A stretch of DNA of 64,000 bases, taken from IMG/VR virus record IMGVR_UViG_3300025288_001461; one strand, given 5' to 3'. Shown one piece after another: positions 52,965 through 62,868 of the stretch; the first letter of the stretch is position 1; every line of letters begins with the position of its first letter. This stretch comes from a virus (taxonomy: Duplodnaviria > Heunggongvirae > Uroviricota > Caudoviricetes). The position numbers and the translations under genes were made by a program. Below the pieces are notes generated by a model. It made no database searches, was not told the origin of the DNA, and was given only the letters and a program-made list of their open reading frames with translations.

Positions 52965-53107
52965 GATTAATTCCTAATATATAAAAATAGTATTGAATTA
53001 AAAACGATTGTCAAAATATTTTTAAATGCTTAATTATTGTAGATAAAAACAAATATAAAAAAAGACCCAATCAGTTTAGAAATGGGTCTTTTAAATAAAT
53101 TAATTAA

Positions 53108-54337
53108 TTAAACAAAAGTATAAATATCATCAAAGATAATTTTAGTTCCACTTAATTCTGGAAGTACATACATTTTTTCTGTAAAAATTTCTTCCATAAT
53201 AGTTTTAAGTCCACGAGCACCTGTTTTTTGCAAGAAAGCTAAATGAGCAATTTGTTTTACAGCATTATCTGTAACTTCAAGTTCAACATTTTCAAGAGCA
53301 AATAGAGCTTGAAACTGTTTAACCAATGCATTTTTAGGAGCAACAAGAATGTTTTGTAAAGCAACTTCATCTAATTCTTTTAAGTTACAAACAACAGGAA
53401 GCCGACCAATAAATTCAGGAATTAACCCATATTGTCCAAGAATTTCAGGAGTAATATTTTGTTGCATTTTTTTAGCAAATTCTAATGCTTTAGCTTCTTT
53501 TGGAGGAAGAGAGGTTTTAGTAAATCCAATAGATGTGTTCTTGCCTTGGTTTTCAATAAGTTTATCAATACCAACGAAAGCCCCACTACAAATAAATAGA
53601 ATTTGAGTTGTATCTAAAAATTCAACTTGAGAGTTTGGGTGTTTACGATTACCTGTTGTTGGAATACGAGCCTCAGTTCCTTCTAAAATTTTAAGTAATG
53701 ATTGTTGAACGCCTTCCCCTGAAACATCTTTCGTAATTGATGGACCTGAATCACGCTTGGCAATTTTATCAATTTCATCAATAAAAATAATACCATGTTT
53801 GGCTTTTTCAACATCACCATCAGCATCAGCAATCAATTTCTGAAGGATAGTTTCAACATCATCACCAACATAACCAGCTTGAGTAAGAGATGTTGCATCG
53901 CAAATTGCAAATGGAACATGAAGCATTCTAGCGACACTTTGAGCTAATAGTGTTTTACCTGAACCAGTTGGTCCAATCATTAGAATGTTGCTTTTGGTAA
54001 TTTCAACATCAGAAATTTTTTGATTATTCAATCGTTTGTAGTGATTGTGAACAGCAATAGCAATAATCTTTTTAGATTTTTCTTGACCAATTACATATTG
54101 GTCTAAATAAAAAACAATTTCTTTAGGTGATGGATATTTAACATCAGTTTTTTCTGTTGTTTTTTCTTCTACTTTTAATCCAACTTCTTCCTGCATAAGT
54201 TCATATGCATCTTTTACACATTGCTCACAAATATATGCAGAAGGAGTTCCATCTTCGTTATTTGCATTTGCAATAAGTTTTTCTGCTGTGGATTCACTTG
54301 TGCCACAAAATGAGCAGCTAATATCTTTTTTATCCAT
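53108..54337 (-). CDS. clpX: ATP-dependent Clp protease ATP-binding subunit ClpX
   Basis: N-terminal C4 zinc finger CSFCG…CEQC, Walker A GPTGSGKT, Walker [10 protein letters not shown], sensor and IGF-loop region. 409 aa. No clpP is adjacent. Confidence 0.95.
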   Translation of the reverse strand: MDKKDISCSFCGTSESTAEKLIANANNEDGTPSAYICEQCVKDAYELMQEEVGLKVEEKTTEKTDVKYPSPKEIVFYLDQYVIGQEKSKKIIAIAVHNHYKRLNNQKISDVEITKSNILMIGPTGSGKTLLAQSVARMLHVPFAICDATSLTQAGYVGDDVETILQKLIADADGDVEKAKHGIIFIDEIDKIAKRDSGPSITKDVSGEGVQQSLLKILEGTEARIPTTGNRKHPNSQVEFLDTTQILFICSGAFVGIDKLIENQGKNTSIGFTKTSLPPKEAKALEFAKKMQQNITPEILGQYGLIPEFIGRLPVVCNLKELDEVALQNILVAPKNALVKQFQALFALENVELEVTDNAVKQIAHLAFLQKTGARGLKTIMEEIFTEKMYVLPELSGTKIIFDDIYTFV

Positions 54338-54545
54338 ACCGTATAATTCCTTTTTGTTTAATCTTGAAATTTATAACTTATTTATTAATACTTTAGTAGT
54401 AAAAGATAAAGAAGTTATTGTAAAAAAGCAATTATATCATTAGTTTGTTATTTGTGTGTAGCTTTATTTTAAATAAAATCTATTGACTATTGACAATTAT
54501 TAGAATTACATTAAATATAATGTATATTTTTTAAAAAAGAAAAAA

Positions 54546-55253
54546 ATGGAAGAAAAACAAACCCTAAGTAATTCAACGAGTAGTACAACAAACGGCAGTT
54601 TAGCTCATGAGCTTGTAGCAAGAGATGAGCAAATAATTGGTGTATTCTTTACAGCTTTTGCTATACAATATTTTTTGCATAAAGATATGTTGCATAATAA
54701 AATAACACCACCAACATTTATCACTTTGTTTTCTGATGTTGAAACATATGCAACACAAAGAATGTTTATTAAGAATTTAATTAGTGATAAAAAATATGTA
54801 AAAATAATTGAAGAAATGCAATCTTTATTTTTAGAGTTTTGTTCAAATACATCAAAAAATCCACAACCATACTTGTTATTCTTATCAAGAATTAATAAAG
54901 CATTTTTAATTCGTCAAGTATTTAATCATAGTGACCAAATTTTAGAAAAATATCAGTTTATAGATGATTTTTTGAATAAAGATCAAATAGATATGGAAAA
55001 ATTAAATACAAAAATGTGGCATTTTCCTGTAGAACAACAAATTTTAATTTTAGCGAGAATTTATTCAACAATTCTTGATGGATATGCAAATAAGAAAAAA
55101 ACAATTTTAAAGTCATACAAAGAAAATTTACAGAGATTAATTGATGAAGTAAATAAAAATCCAACTCGTTACCAGGTGGTTCAAATAAATAATTTAAAAT
55201 TATTCCATAGAATAATTGTTGAATATGAAACACAAATAAAGGGAAATGAGTAA
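54546..55253 (+). CDS. hypothetical protein (235 aa)
   Basis: First of three co-directional ORFs. Confidence 0.5.
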   Translation: MEEKQTLSNSTSSTTNGSLAHELVARDEQIIGVFFTAFAIQYFLHKDMLHNKITPPTFITLFSDVETYATQRMFIKNLISDKKYVKIIEEMQSLFLEFCSNTSKNPQPYLLFLSRINKAFLIRQVFNHSDQILEKYQFIDDFLNKDQIDMEKLNTKMWHFPVEQQILILARIYSTILDGYANKKKTILKSYKENLQRLIDEVNKNPTRYQVVQINNLKLFHRIIVEYETQIKGNE

Positions 55254-55280
55254 TTATTTTCAATAATTGAGATATAATAT

Positions 55281-55586
55281 ATGAGTAATGATGTTAGGTC
55301 TGAAGTAGTTCGGGAGATTCTTAGAACTTTGAATCGAATGGAAAAAACAGAGCTTATTACAAAATATAATAGCTTAATATCATGTCTTGCTATATCAATA
55401 TATGGTAAAGATATTGATTTTGGTGATGATTTAAGTTTTGATGAGAATGATATATATTTTTTATCATCCAATCAGTTAAACGAACTTAAAAATTGGTTAA
55501 GTCATTTCCCATGGTATGTTTCTTCTATGCTCGTAGGTCTTGCTAAAGATGACGAGAATATGGCATGGGATTTAGCATACGGTTAA
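55281..55586 (+). CDS. hypothetical protein (101 aa)
   Basis: Intact ORF. Confidence 0.4.
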   Translation: MSNDVRSEVVREILRTLNRMEKTELITKYNSLISCLAISIYGKDIDFGDDLSFDENDIYFLSSNQLNELKNWLSHFPWYVSSMLVGLAKDDENMAWDLAYG

Positions 55587-55610
55587 TAGTATCTATGAAA
55601 TGGGTGGATA

Positions 55611-56108
55611 ATGAATAAAACTATACAAATAGCAAGAGATTTTGCTATAAAAAAACACGGTAATAAATTATACGGTGTGCATTCATATGTTTATCATTTA
55701 GATATGGTTTATGAAGAAGCTAAGATATTAAATCTAGATAATGATTATTTGGTTTCATCATATCTGCATGATTTGTTGGAAGATACAAATACTACAAAAA
55801 AAGAAATAGAATTATTGTTTAATAAACGTGTTTCTGATATGGTTGATTCAGTAAGTGGTGGTGGTTTAAATCGTAAAGAAAAAAAGATTTCCATGATTAA
55901 TAAATTAATGGATTTCAAAGATGGTATTAATCTTAAGATGATTGATAGATTTGTAAATATGAGAGAGTCAAAATTAAATAATGAGAAGCTATTTAATATG
56001 TATGTAAAAGAATTAGATGATTATAATCAATTATTTAAAATGGGAGATTTGCGTATCCTAGATAAAATAAATAAGTTATTAATTCCTACACAAAAACTTA
56101 AATATTAG
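55611..56108 (+). CDS. small alarmone hydrolase-like HD-domain protein (SpoT/RelA hydrolase-domain homolog)
   Basis: IARDFAIKKHGNKLYGVHSYVYHLDMV … SSYLHDLLEDT matches the (p)ppGpp-hydrolase HD motifs. Stand-alone, 165 aa. Confidence 0.55.
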   Translation: MNKTIQIARDFAIKKHGNKLYGVHSYVYHLDMVYEEAKILNLDNDYLVSSYLHDLLEDTNTTKKEIELLFNKRVSDMVDSVSGGGLNRKEKKISMINKLMDFKDGINLKMIDRFVNMRESKLNNEKLFNMYVKELDDYNQLFKMGDLRILDKINKLLIPTQKLKY

Positions 56109-56161
56109 TTGACAAGATAAGAAATACCCCAAAAAATAATTTCTTTTTGGGGTATTAAAAA

Positions 56162-56734
56162 TTAATAACCAAATTTATTAGATTTATTTTTATTGTTGTC
56201 ACTGTAATTGTTTTGTTGCAATACTGTAATATCATCCCAATCTGGAAAAACATTTACAGAATCATGACCATTTTTCATAAAAGAACCTGCTTTAGCTGTG
56301 TAGACATTTTGAAATGATTGTCTTTGTGAGCTTTTTTCAAAACAAATATTTAATAAGGTAGGTTCTTTTTTATCTTTTTCTATTAAAGTAATTCCATACT
56401 CATTACTAAGTGACTTAACAAATTCCGTAAATAAATTAATATCCTTAACATCTTTTGTATCAAGAAGAACTCGTGATTGATGTTCATAAGCTAATGCAGA
56501 TAAGTGAACTGATTGATTTTTAAATGAATTAAGGATACTAGAACAAAGTGTTTTAACTTCTTCTAGATAAGAATATTTATGAAAAACAATATCCATAACT
56601 CCATCCATGTCATCATTCTTAGAAATTAATTCAGCCCCACCATCCTTCATCATTTTTTGAACTCGAAGTAATGCAGATTTATAATTTGAATCGTTTGTTT
56701 CGCAAGAAAATGTAATATGAAATTCTTTAGCCAT
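56162..56734 (-). CDS. hypothetical protein (190 aa)
   Basis: Intact ORF. Confidence 0.5.
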   Translation of the reverse strand: MAKEFHITFSCETNDSNYKSALLRVQKMMKDGGAELISKNDDMDGVMDIVFHKYSYLEEVKTLCSSILNSFKNQSVHLSALAYEHQSRVLLDTKDVKDINLFTEFVKSLSNEYGITLIEKDKKEPTLLNICFEKSSQRQSFQNVYTAKAGSFMKNGHDSVNVFPDWDDITVLQQNNYSDNNKNKSNKFGY

Positions 56735-56868
56735 GGTGTTTCCCTTTTTATATAATTATATTTTAACTGATTTAAAGTTAAATTAAAGGGGTGGAAGCAA
56801 AAAAAACTAAAATAATTGACAAAAAAGGATAATAATATTAGTTTAGTATATTAATAAGAGGTATAAGT

Positions 56869-57456
56869 ATGTTTTTCGATCAACCACAAATAATAAATAT
56901 AGATAAATATAGTTTAGAAAAATGGGTTAGTTTAGAGCAGGTGTCTGAATCAATAAATGAGAATGAAAAAATATTAATACATGGATTTGGATTTTTCAAT
57001 TATAAAGAAGAGGGCCAATTTTCAGAATTTTTGGGATACTATTTATTAAAGATAAATGATAGATTGTTTGGCTTTTGTGGTGAAAGTATAGATGGTGAAG
57101 TTGTAGAAGAAAATAAAAATATAAGATTTAAGCATGTAATTGAATTTAATAATGATTTATTGAATAGTGCTATTTTTGAAGGTTCTCAATTTAAAAGAAG
57201 CACAAATTACTATACTTCTTTTAAGGCAGAGTTATTAGTAGAAGCTAAATCTTATTTGTATAGTGATGAAGAAAAATTGTTTTTTAGTAAAAAAGGACAA
57301 GGACAAATAGATTTGTATTGTTCATATCACATAAAAAATAAAGATAATGATTTTGCATGTAAGATTCATCCATCGGCATTTTCAGCAGCTAAACACTTAG
57401 CTATGTCAAAAATTTTAGATGAAAGAATCAAAAAAATACAAGAATCAAAACCTTAA
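56869..57456 (+). CDS. hypothetical protein (195 aa)
   Basis: Intact ORF. Confidence 0.5.
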   Translation: MFFDQPQIINIDKYSLEKWVSLEQVSESINENEKILIHGFGFFNYKEEGQFSEFLGYYLLKINDRLFGFCGESIDGEVVEENKNIRFKHVIEFNNDLLNSAIFEGSQFKRSTNYYTSFKAELLVEAKSYLYSDEEKLFFSKKGQGQIDLYCSYHIKNKDNDFACKIHPSAFSAAKHLAMSKILDERIKKIQESKP

Positions 57457-57460
57457 TTGG

Positions 57461-58108
57461 TTAATCTTGTATATTTGGAATATAGGGTTTAAATTTCCTA
57501 CCAATATTTTTTTTATCGTAATTACTATTAGCAATTTCTTTAGCCATACTAAATGATATGTTAAGTTCTTTCGCAATAAGAAATTCATTACAAGATTCAA
57601 GAATTTCTTCTCGTGAGAGTTTTTTTCTAATGTTAAGTTTAATAACATTAGTTTCAGCTTTAGTTTTTAATTCTTGTTTTATTGATTTATCAATTTGATT
57701 ATCAAGTGTTTTAATTATAAACAAAGTATCATCTTCCCAATTTTTAGTTGGAAATTTTTCTTTTAAAGTAGCAATAATGTCCGGCAATAAATGAATGTTA
57801 CATAATTTAAATCCATAACAATTTTCAATTTTTTTAATAATAAAATTATCCCAATATTTATTTAATATTTTATAGTAAGACTTCATTCCTTGATCATAAT
57901 TAAATATTTCTGTATTAAGTTTGTAATATTCTTCTGCTATAAAAAGATAATCAGAATCTTCAAGTCCTTGCGCACCTAAATCATAAATTGAACTTTCATC
58001 AGTAAATAAACCACTACGATAATCAAAATTAAAAACATTAAAAAAGAAATGAATTAAAATATATTCATTATTGTCTACAGTATTTGATTCTGATTTTATC
58101 ATATTCAT
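57461..58108 (-). CDS. hypothetical protein (215 aa)
   Basis: Intact ORF. Confidence 0.5.
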   Translation of the reverse strand: MNMIKSESNTVDNNEYILIHFFFNVFNFDYRSGLFTDESSIYDLGAQGLEDSDYLFIAEEYYKLNTEIFNYDQGMKSYYKILNKYWDNFIIKKIENCYGFKLCNIHLLPDIIATLKEKFPTKNWEDDTLFIIKTLDNQIDKSIKQELKTKAETNVIKLNIRKKLSREEILESCNEFLIAKELNISFSMAKEIANSNYDKKNIGRKFKPYIPNIQD

Positions 58109-58117
58109 GATAATTAA

Positions 58118-59146
58118 TTATTTTGAAACATGCCACATATAACCTTTTTTAGACACAATAAGTTTTTGTTGTTGTGTTAAATTAGGGAAAAATTGAAATC
58201 CAGTATATTTTTCAATATCATCAATTGAAACAATAAAGTTTTCAAGAATACATAGTTTACCACAATTAATTGCCATTTGTGGTAAGGTTTGTGGATAATT
58301 CGGATTACCTTTATCAAGAACTTTGGTTTTGCGTGTAATAACTTGTTGATTTGGAATAATAAAATCTAATGATTCCATAGTTTTGGGATCTAAAATTATT
58401 TTATAAGTATGAGTTGGAATCCAAACTTGAGACGTCCCCATATAGAGTGTTCCTTGTCCAAAAATGGGACCACTAATAACTAAAACTTCACCACGAGATT
58501 CAGACCATTTGCGAGTCATGCTTTCAAGTTCAGCCCAAATACCACGATTCATATTAGGTCCAACTTGTGGAACCATATTAGACAAATAGAAGCTTTGTTC
58601 CATAGCTTGTGGAGATAGCATGTCAGCAGCAGGAGACATATGCCCACGGTCAAACTTAGAGCCTTTATAATCATTCAAGGATGCTTGAGCAGGCTTAGGA
58701 ATTTGAGGGTGAGGTTGAAATGCATCAACTCGTTCAATATATGTGCCAGCTTGTTCAGAACCTTTAAGTGTTTCTGAAGACCAAAGTGGAGTTTTGGTAG
58801 CAGGGTCAAATTGAACAGCATAATTATCTTCACAAAGATAAAAGGAACGACGTTCAATTTTAGCTTTATCTTGAGATACAGATTGTGGGTATCCTAATGG
58901 ATAATGTTGTGGACAAAGACCTGGAGTTTTAATATATGTAGAGCCAGAAATTGAGGGATTATGAGAAACATCAGTATTTTGCTGCTTTTGAACTTGTGAG
59001 TGTTGAATTTTCTGCAAACCAGAAAAAAGTAGTCCATATCCATTTGCAAAAGCAATATTAGGAAGAATTGCAGAAATTGCAAAGATAGATGAAATAATAA
59101 AATTGCGTGGATTTTTCATTAAGGTCCTTAGTAATACAATGTTCAA
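58118..59146 (-). CDS. secreted DNA/RNA non-specific endonuclease (NUC / Endonuclease_NS family)
   Basis: Signal peptide, then active-site block FDRGHMSPAADM (DRGH). Confidence 0.75.
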   Translation of the reverse strand: MNIVLLRTLMKNPRNFIISSIFAISAILPNIAFANGYGLLFSGLQKIQHSQVQKQQNTDVSHNPSISGSTYIKTPGLCPQHYPLGYPQSVSQDKAKIERRSFYLCEDNYAVQFDPATKTPLWSSETLKGSEQAGTYIERVDAFQPHPQIPKPAQASLNDYKGSKFDRGHMSPAADMLSPQAMEQSFYLSNMVPQVGPNMNRGIWAELESMTRKWSESRGEVLVISGPIFGQGTLYMGTSQVWIPTHTYKIILDPKTMESLDFIIPNQQVITRKTKVLDKGNPNYPQTLPQMAINCGKLCILENFIVSIDDIEKYTGFQFFPNLTQQQKLIVSKKGYMWHVSK

Positions 59147-59272
59147 TTATAGCAGAATTTTTGCATAAATCAGCAAAATGACTTGAAATAAATAATTTTT
59201 TATTACAAAATAGTTGTTGAATAATTAAGACATATAACATATAATCCTAAAAATAAATAAATAAATAAAATA

Positions 59273-60025
59273 ATGAAAAATAATACATATATAAAAAAAA
59301 TAGAACTAATAGACGGAATTTTAGATTTCAATAGTGGTATTGAGGTATATAAACAATATCTATTGACACCAAGTTTAAATTGGAAAAATGAACTTCGTCG
59401 TCCAATTAAATCTAATATTTTAACAGAGATGGGAGTTACTCATTCAAAAATAGGTTCAGACCCACAACCATTAATTAATTCTGTGCTAAAAAATGGTGGA
59501 AATCTATATTTTTGGTCGGATTTACACTTGTATCACCATAATATAATAAGATATGCAGAGCGCCCATTTGAAACTGTTGAGCATATGAATGAAACAATGA
59601 TAAACAATTATTGGTCTAAAGTAACAGATAGTGATGTAGTTGTATTTGGTGGAGATGTTGGATTCGGTGATATTAATGATGTTCAAAACTTAATATCACA
59701 ATTACCAGGAAAAAAGATTTTGGTTTTAGGAAATCATGATTTTGATAAAAACAAGGGGTTTTTTAGAAATTATAATACATTTGATATAACTACAATGGCA
59801 TTTACTTTTCAGAAAGAGTTAAATGGTGTAATTTACAATATATTAGTTACACATTACCCAATAAATAAGAATCAGTTGCCTAAAAATACAATTAATATTC
59901 ATGGTCATATTCATCAACATCTACCAGGAGATAAAAATATAAATATGTGTGTTGAACATACTGGTTTTTCACCAATAAGCATGACAGAAAAAATAGAAGA
60001 ATTAATTTTAAAAGAATATCAATAA
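59273..60025 (+). CDS. calcineurin-like metallophosphoesterase
   Basis: Motifs SDLHLYHHN, GGDVGFGD, LGNHDF, VTHYP, HGHIHQH. Confidence 0.65.
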   Translation: MKNNTYIKKIELIDGILDFNSGIEVYKQYLLTPSLNWKNELRRPIKSNILTEMGVTHSKIGSDPQPLINSVLKNGGNLYFWSDLHLYHHNIIRYAERPFETVEHMNETMINNYWSKVTDSDVVVFGGDVGFGDINDVQNLISQLPGKKILVLGNHDFDKNKGFFRNYNTFDITTMAFTFQKELNGVIYNILVTHYPINKNQLPKNTINIHGHIHQHLPGDKNINMCVEHTGFSPISMTEKIEELILKEYQ

Positions 60026-60042
60026 TATATACTGTGGTTTTA

Positions 60043-60750
60043 ATGAAAAATAAATTAAATTTTAAGTGCACATTTACTGGAGTTGATGAATTATCATCAA
60101 TAGATAAAATAAAAGAATTATCAACAGTTTTTCCGTTTGTAGAATGGGGAGTTTAACTTTCAACTTCAGAAAATAAAGCATTTAATGGAAACAGATACCA
60201 TTCTATTGAATGGTTACAATCAAACTTGCCAAAACTATCAGAAGTAGCTAAGGGTTCTGGAGCGAGTATTGCATTACATGTATGTGGAAAAGAAACAAAA
60301 TTATTACTAGAAAAAAGTCAGTCATCTATTGCTTTAAAATTGATTAGGTTTGTAAATAGAGTTCAAATAAATTTTGCTTATAAAGAAAATCAAATAATAC
60401 AATTAGAAGATTTATGTTGCACTTTCCCAACTGTAAATTTTATTACTCAACATAATGAGAAAAACAAAGATTTATTTGAAAAAATAAAATCAAAAAATCA
60501 TCAAGTTCTTTTTGATAGCTCTGGTGGAAGAGGAATTAAATCTACTTTATGGAACGAACAACTTGTTGGAAAGTCATGTGGTTATGCAGGCGGGTTAGGG
60601 CTAGAATCTATAGAAGAGGATTTTTTGAAAATTAGAAAAGTTGCTAAAAATAATTTTTGGATTGATATGGAAGGAAGAATCAGAACAAATGATTTATTAG
60701 ACTTAAAGCTATGTGAAGAAATTTTAGAAAAATTAAACTCTATTAATTAA
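60043..60750 (+). pseudogene. phosphoribosylanthranilate isomerase (TrpF)-like gene with an in-frame TAA
   Basis: ATG at 60043, in-frame TAA at 60154-60156, and the same frame stays open to 60750. C-terminal VLFDSSGGRGIKSTLWN … CGYAGGLGLESIEE resembles the PRAI phosphate-binding blocks. Confidence 0.35.
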
Positions 60751-60829
60751 AAAATAAATAAGGAATCCTTTTTTTAAATGGGGTTTATGAGGAATATTAA
60801 AGTATTTTTGAAAAACCAACATTACTTAG

Positions 60830-60858
60830 TTGACAAATTAAACTAAGTGTGTTATCTT
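60830..60858 (+). promoter_or_regulatory. Candidate sigma70 promoter (-35 TTGACA, 17 bp, TGT-TATCTT extended -10)
   Basis: 27 bp upstream of the ATG at 60885. Confidence 0.4.
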
Positions 60859-60884
60859 AGTGGCAAATATCAACTAAGGTAAAA

Positions 60885-61931
60885 ATGAAAAGCATGAAAA
60901 ATTTTAGTTCAACAGAAATTTTAGGAATTAGTAAACCTGAAAAACTGTTTTTATGTTCTACAGAACAAGAATTAAAGCTTTGCTATAGAAAATTATCAGC
61001 ATTATGGCATCCAGATAAACATATTTCAGATGGAATTAATACATCTGATGTTTTTGCTCACATTCAAGTTCTTTATGAAAAAGCTATTGTTAGAATTAAT
61101 AGTGGAGATTGGAATAAGGGGAATATATTTAGGGTTTTAGATGAAGTTGGAAAAGAATTTGAAATAAAATATGAATCACAAGTTCCATTTGAATTTGGAA
61201 GTTGCTATATCGGTAGAGGTATAGTGGCTTGGTCTTTTATAAAGGCTGAAGAAGAATTTGCAAAAAGAGCAATAAAAAATATTGAATCTTTAAAATTTGC
61301 AAATAATAAAATGAAGGAAGAAGTGAAAAAAAATATTCCTGAAATATTTAAATTAATTAAATCAAAAAATGAAACAATTCTAGTATTAACAAAAGATAAA
61401 GATTCTATTTCTTTAGTAGATGTATTGTCATATTATAAGGGGTTTGTTGACCCAAAGCATGTAGCCTGGATATTAAGTGGGATGTATAACCTAGCCTGCT
61501 TTAATCAATATAATCAGTTAATGAGTGCTAGCTTTAGTTTAAATAATTATTTTATTAATCCAGAACAACATTCAGGTCAATTAATTGGTGGCTGGTGGTT
61601 TGCCTGTCATCAAGGCGAAAAGTTAACAGCATTATCAACTAATGCAATAGATGTTGCACCAATCAAAATGATTAATAAAAAAATTGCAGACATAAAATTA
61701 GACCTAGAATTAATTAAACTTGTTGGTCGTCAATTGCTTGGAGATGCTTCAGGAATGAATTTGAAAAAAGATTCAAGGATTCCTAAACCATTAGTGGAAT
61801 GGTTAAATGATGTTTCTAGTTATATGCCTTTCGAAGCGTATGATATTTGGCAAAATAAGGTTTTGAGGGAAAGTTTTGGTGTTCGTCGTTTCACCAAAAT
61901 GGATTTAACAATAAACGACATTTACAACTAA
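60885..61931 (+). CDS. J-domain (DnaJ-like) protein with unassigned 270-aa C-terminal region
   Basis: ILGISKPEK … LCYRKLSALWHPDKH … VFAHIQVLYEKA follows the J-domain helix II – HPD – helix III pattern, with a short insertion. Confidence 0.55.
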   Translation: MKSMKNFSSTEILGISKPEKLFLCSTEQELKLCYRKLSALWHPDKHISDGINTSDVFAHIQVLYEKAIVRINSGDWNKGNIFRVLDEVGKEFEIKYESQVPFEFGSCYIGRGIVAWSFIKAEEEFAKRAIKNIESLKFANNKMKEEVKKNIPEIFKLIKSKNETILVLTKDKDSISLVDVLSYYKGFVDPKHVAWILSGMYNLACFNQYNQLMSASFSLNNYFINPEQHSGQLIGGWWFACHQGEKLTALSTNAIDVAPIKMINKKIADIKLDLELIKLVGRQLLGDASGMNLKKDSRIPKPLVEWLNDVSSYMPFEAYDIWQNKVLRESFGVRRFTKMDLTINDIYN

Positions 61932-61942
61932 GGAGAATTATC

Positions 61943-62854
61943 ATGGGAAGTGCAAGATGGAGTGCAGATGATTGGACAACTTATTCAAGTACAAGTTCAA
62001 CTAAATCAACAGCGGATTTATTTCGTAATTCAAAAATGGTGGATGCTTTAAATCCTGCATTGGTAGAATTAAGAGAGTCAAGAGACTCTGTTTTAAATCC
62101 ACAATCAACAGCAATTATTGTTGGACTAGATGTAACTGGTTCAATGGGGATGATTGCAGATGCATTAGCTAAAGAGGGGCTAGGAATTATGGTTGAGGAA
62201 ATTCTAAAGAGAAAGCCTGTTTCTGACCCACACATGTTAATTGCAGGAATTGGTGATGCTTATTGCGATAGTGCACCATTACAAATTACTCAATTTGAGG
62301 CAGACATTACTATTGCCAAACAATTAGAGCAAATATGGTTAGAAAAGGGTGGTGGTGCTAATGATTTTGAATCATATAACCTACCTTGGTATTTCGCAGC
62401 TAAACACACATCTATTGATTGTATGGAAAAACGTGGGAAGAAGGGGTATCTGTTTACTGTAGGTGATGAACAGGCACCAAAAGGACTAACAAAAGCCCAA
62501 TTGAAAAAAATCTTTAATGACGATGTTGAAAAAGATTATACCACTGAAGAACTATTTCTTATGGCATCAAAAATGTATAATATATTTCACATTGTTGTAG
62601 AAGAGGGGTCTTATGCTAGAAGTAATTTAAGTGGGGTAATGAAGTCATGGACTGAATTACTTGGTCAAAGGGTTATTAGATTATCAGATTATAAAAAGCT
62701 CGCTGAAGTTGTAGTAAGTACAATTGAGGTAACAGAAGGAAAAGATGTAGATTCTGTTACTAAATCTTGGGATGGTTCTACTTCTGTGGTAGTTAGTCGG
62801 GCAATCAATAGTTTAGCTACAAAAAGAACTTCAGGTGGTGTAGTTAAATTTTAA
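61943..62854 (+). CDS. von Willebrand factor A-like domain protein
   Basis: MIDAS-like IIVGLDVTGSMG, later IAGIGDAYCDS and YLFTVGDEQAP. 11-bp gap to the J-domain gene. Confidence 0.5.
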   Translation: MGSARWSADDWTTYSSTSSTKSTADLFRNSKMVDALNPALVELRESRDSVLNPQSTAIIVGLDVTGSMGMIADALAKEGLGIMVEEILKRKPVSDPHMLIAGIGDAYCDSAPLQITQFEADITIAKQLEQIWLEKGGGANDFESYNLPWYFAAKHTSIDCMEKRGKKGYLFTVGDEQAPKGLTKAQLKKIFNDDVEKDYTTEELFLMASKMYNIFHIVVEEGSYARSNLSGVMKSWTELLGQRVIRLSDYKKLAEVVVSTIEVTEGKDVDSVTKSWDGSTSVVVSRAINSLATKRTSGGVVKF

Positions 62855-62868
62855 ATACGGAGAAAGAA

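Noticed and set aside
53349-53606. 85-aa plus ORF
   Set aside because: Antisense within clpX.
54481-54521. TTGACA … TATAAT pair upstream of the 54546 gene as a sigma70 promoter
   Set aside because: Spacing between the clean hexamers is about 20 bp, too long for confidence. It is left as a note rather than a feature.
61981-62235. 84-aa minus ORF
   Set aside because: Antisense within the vWA-like gene.
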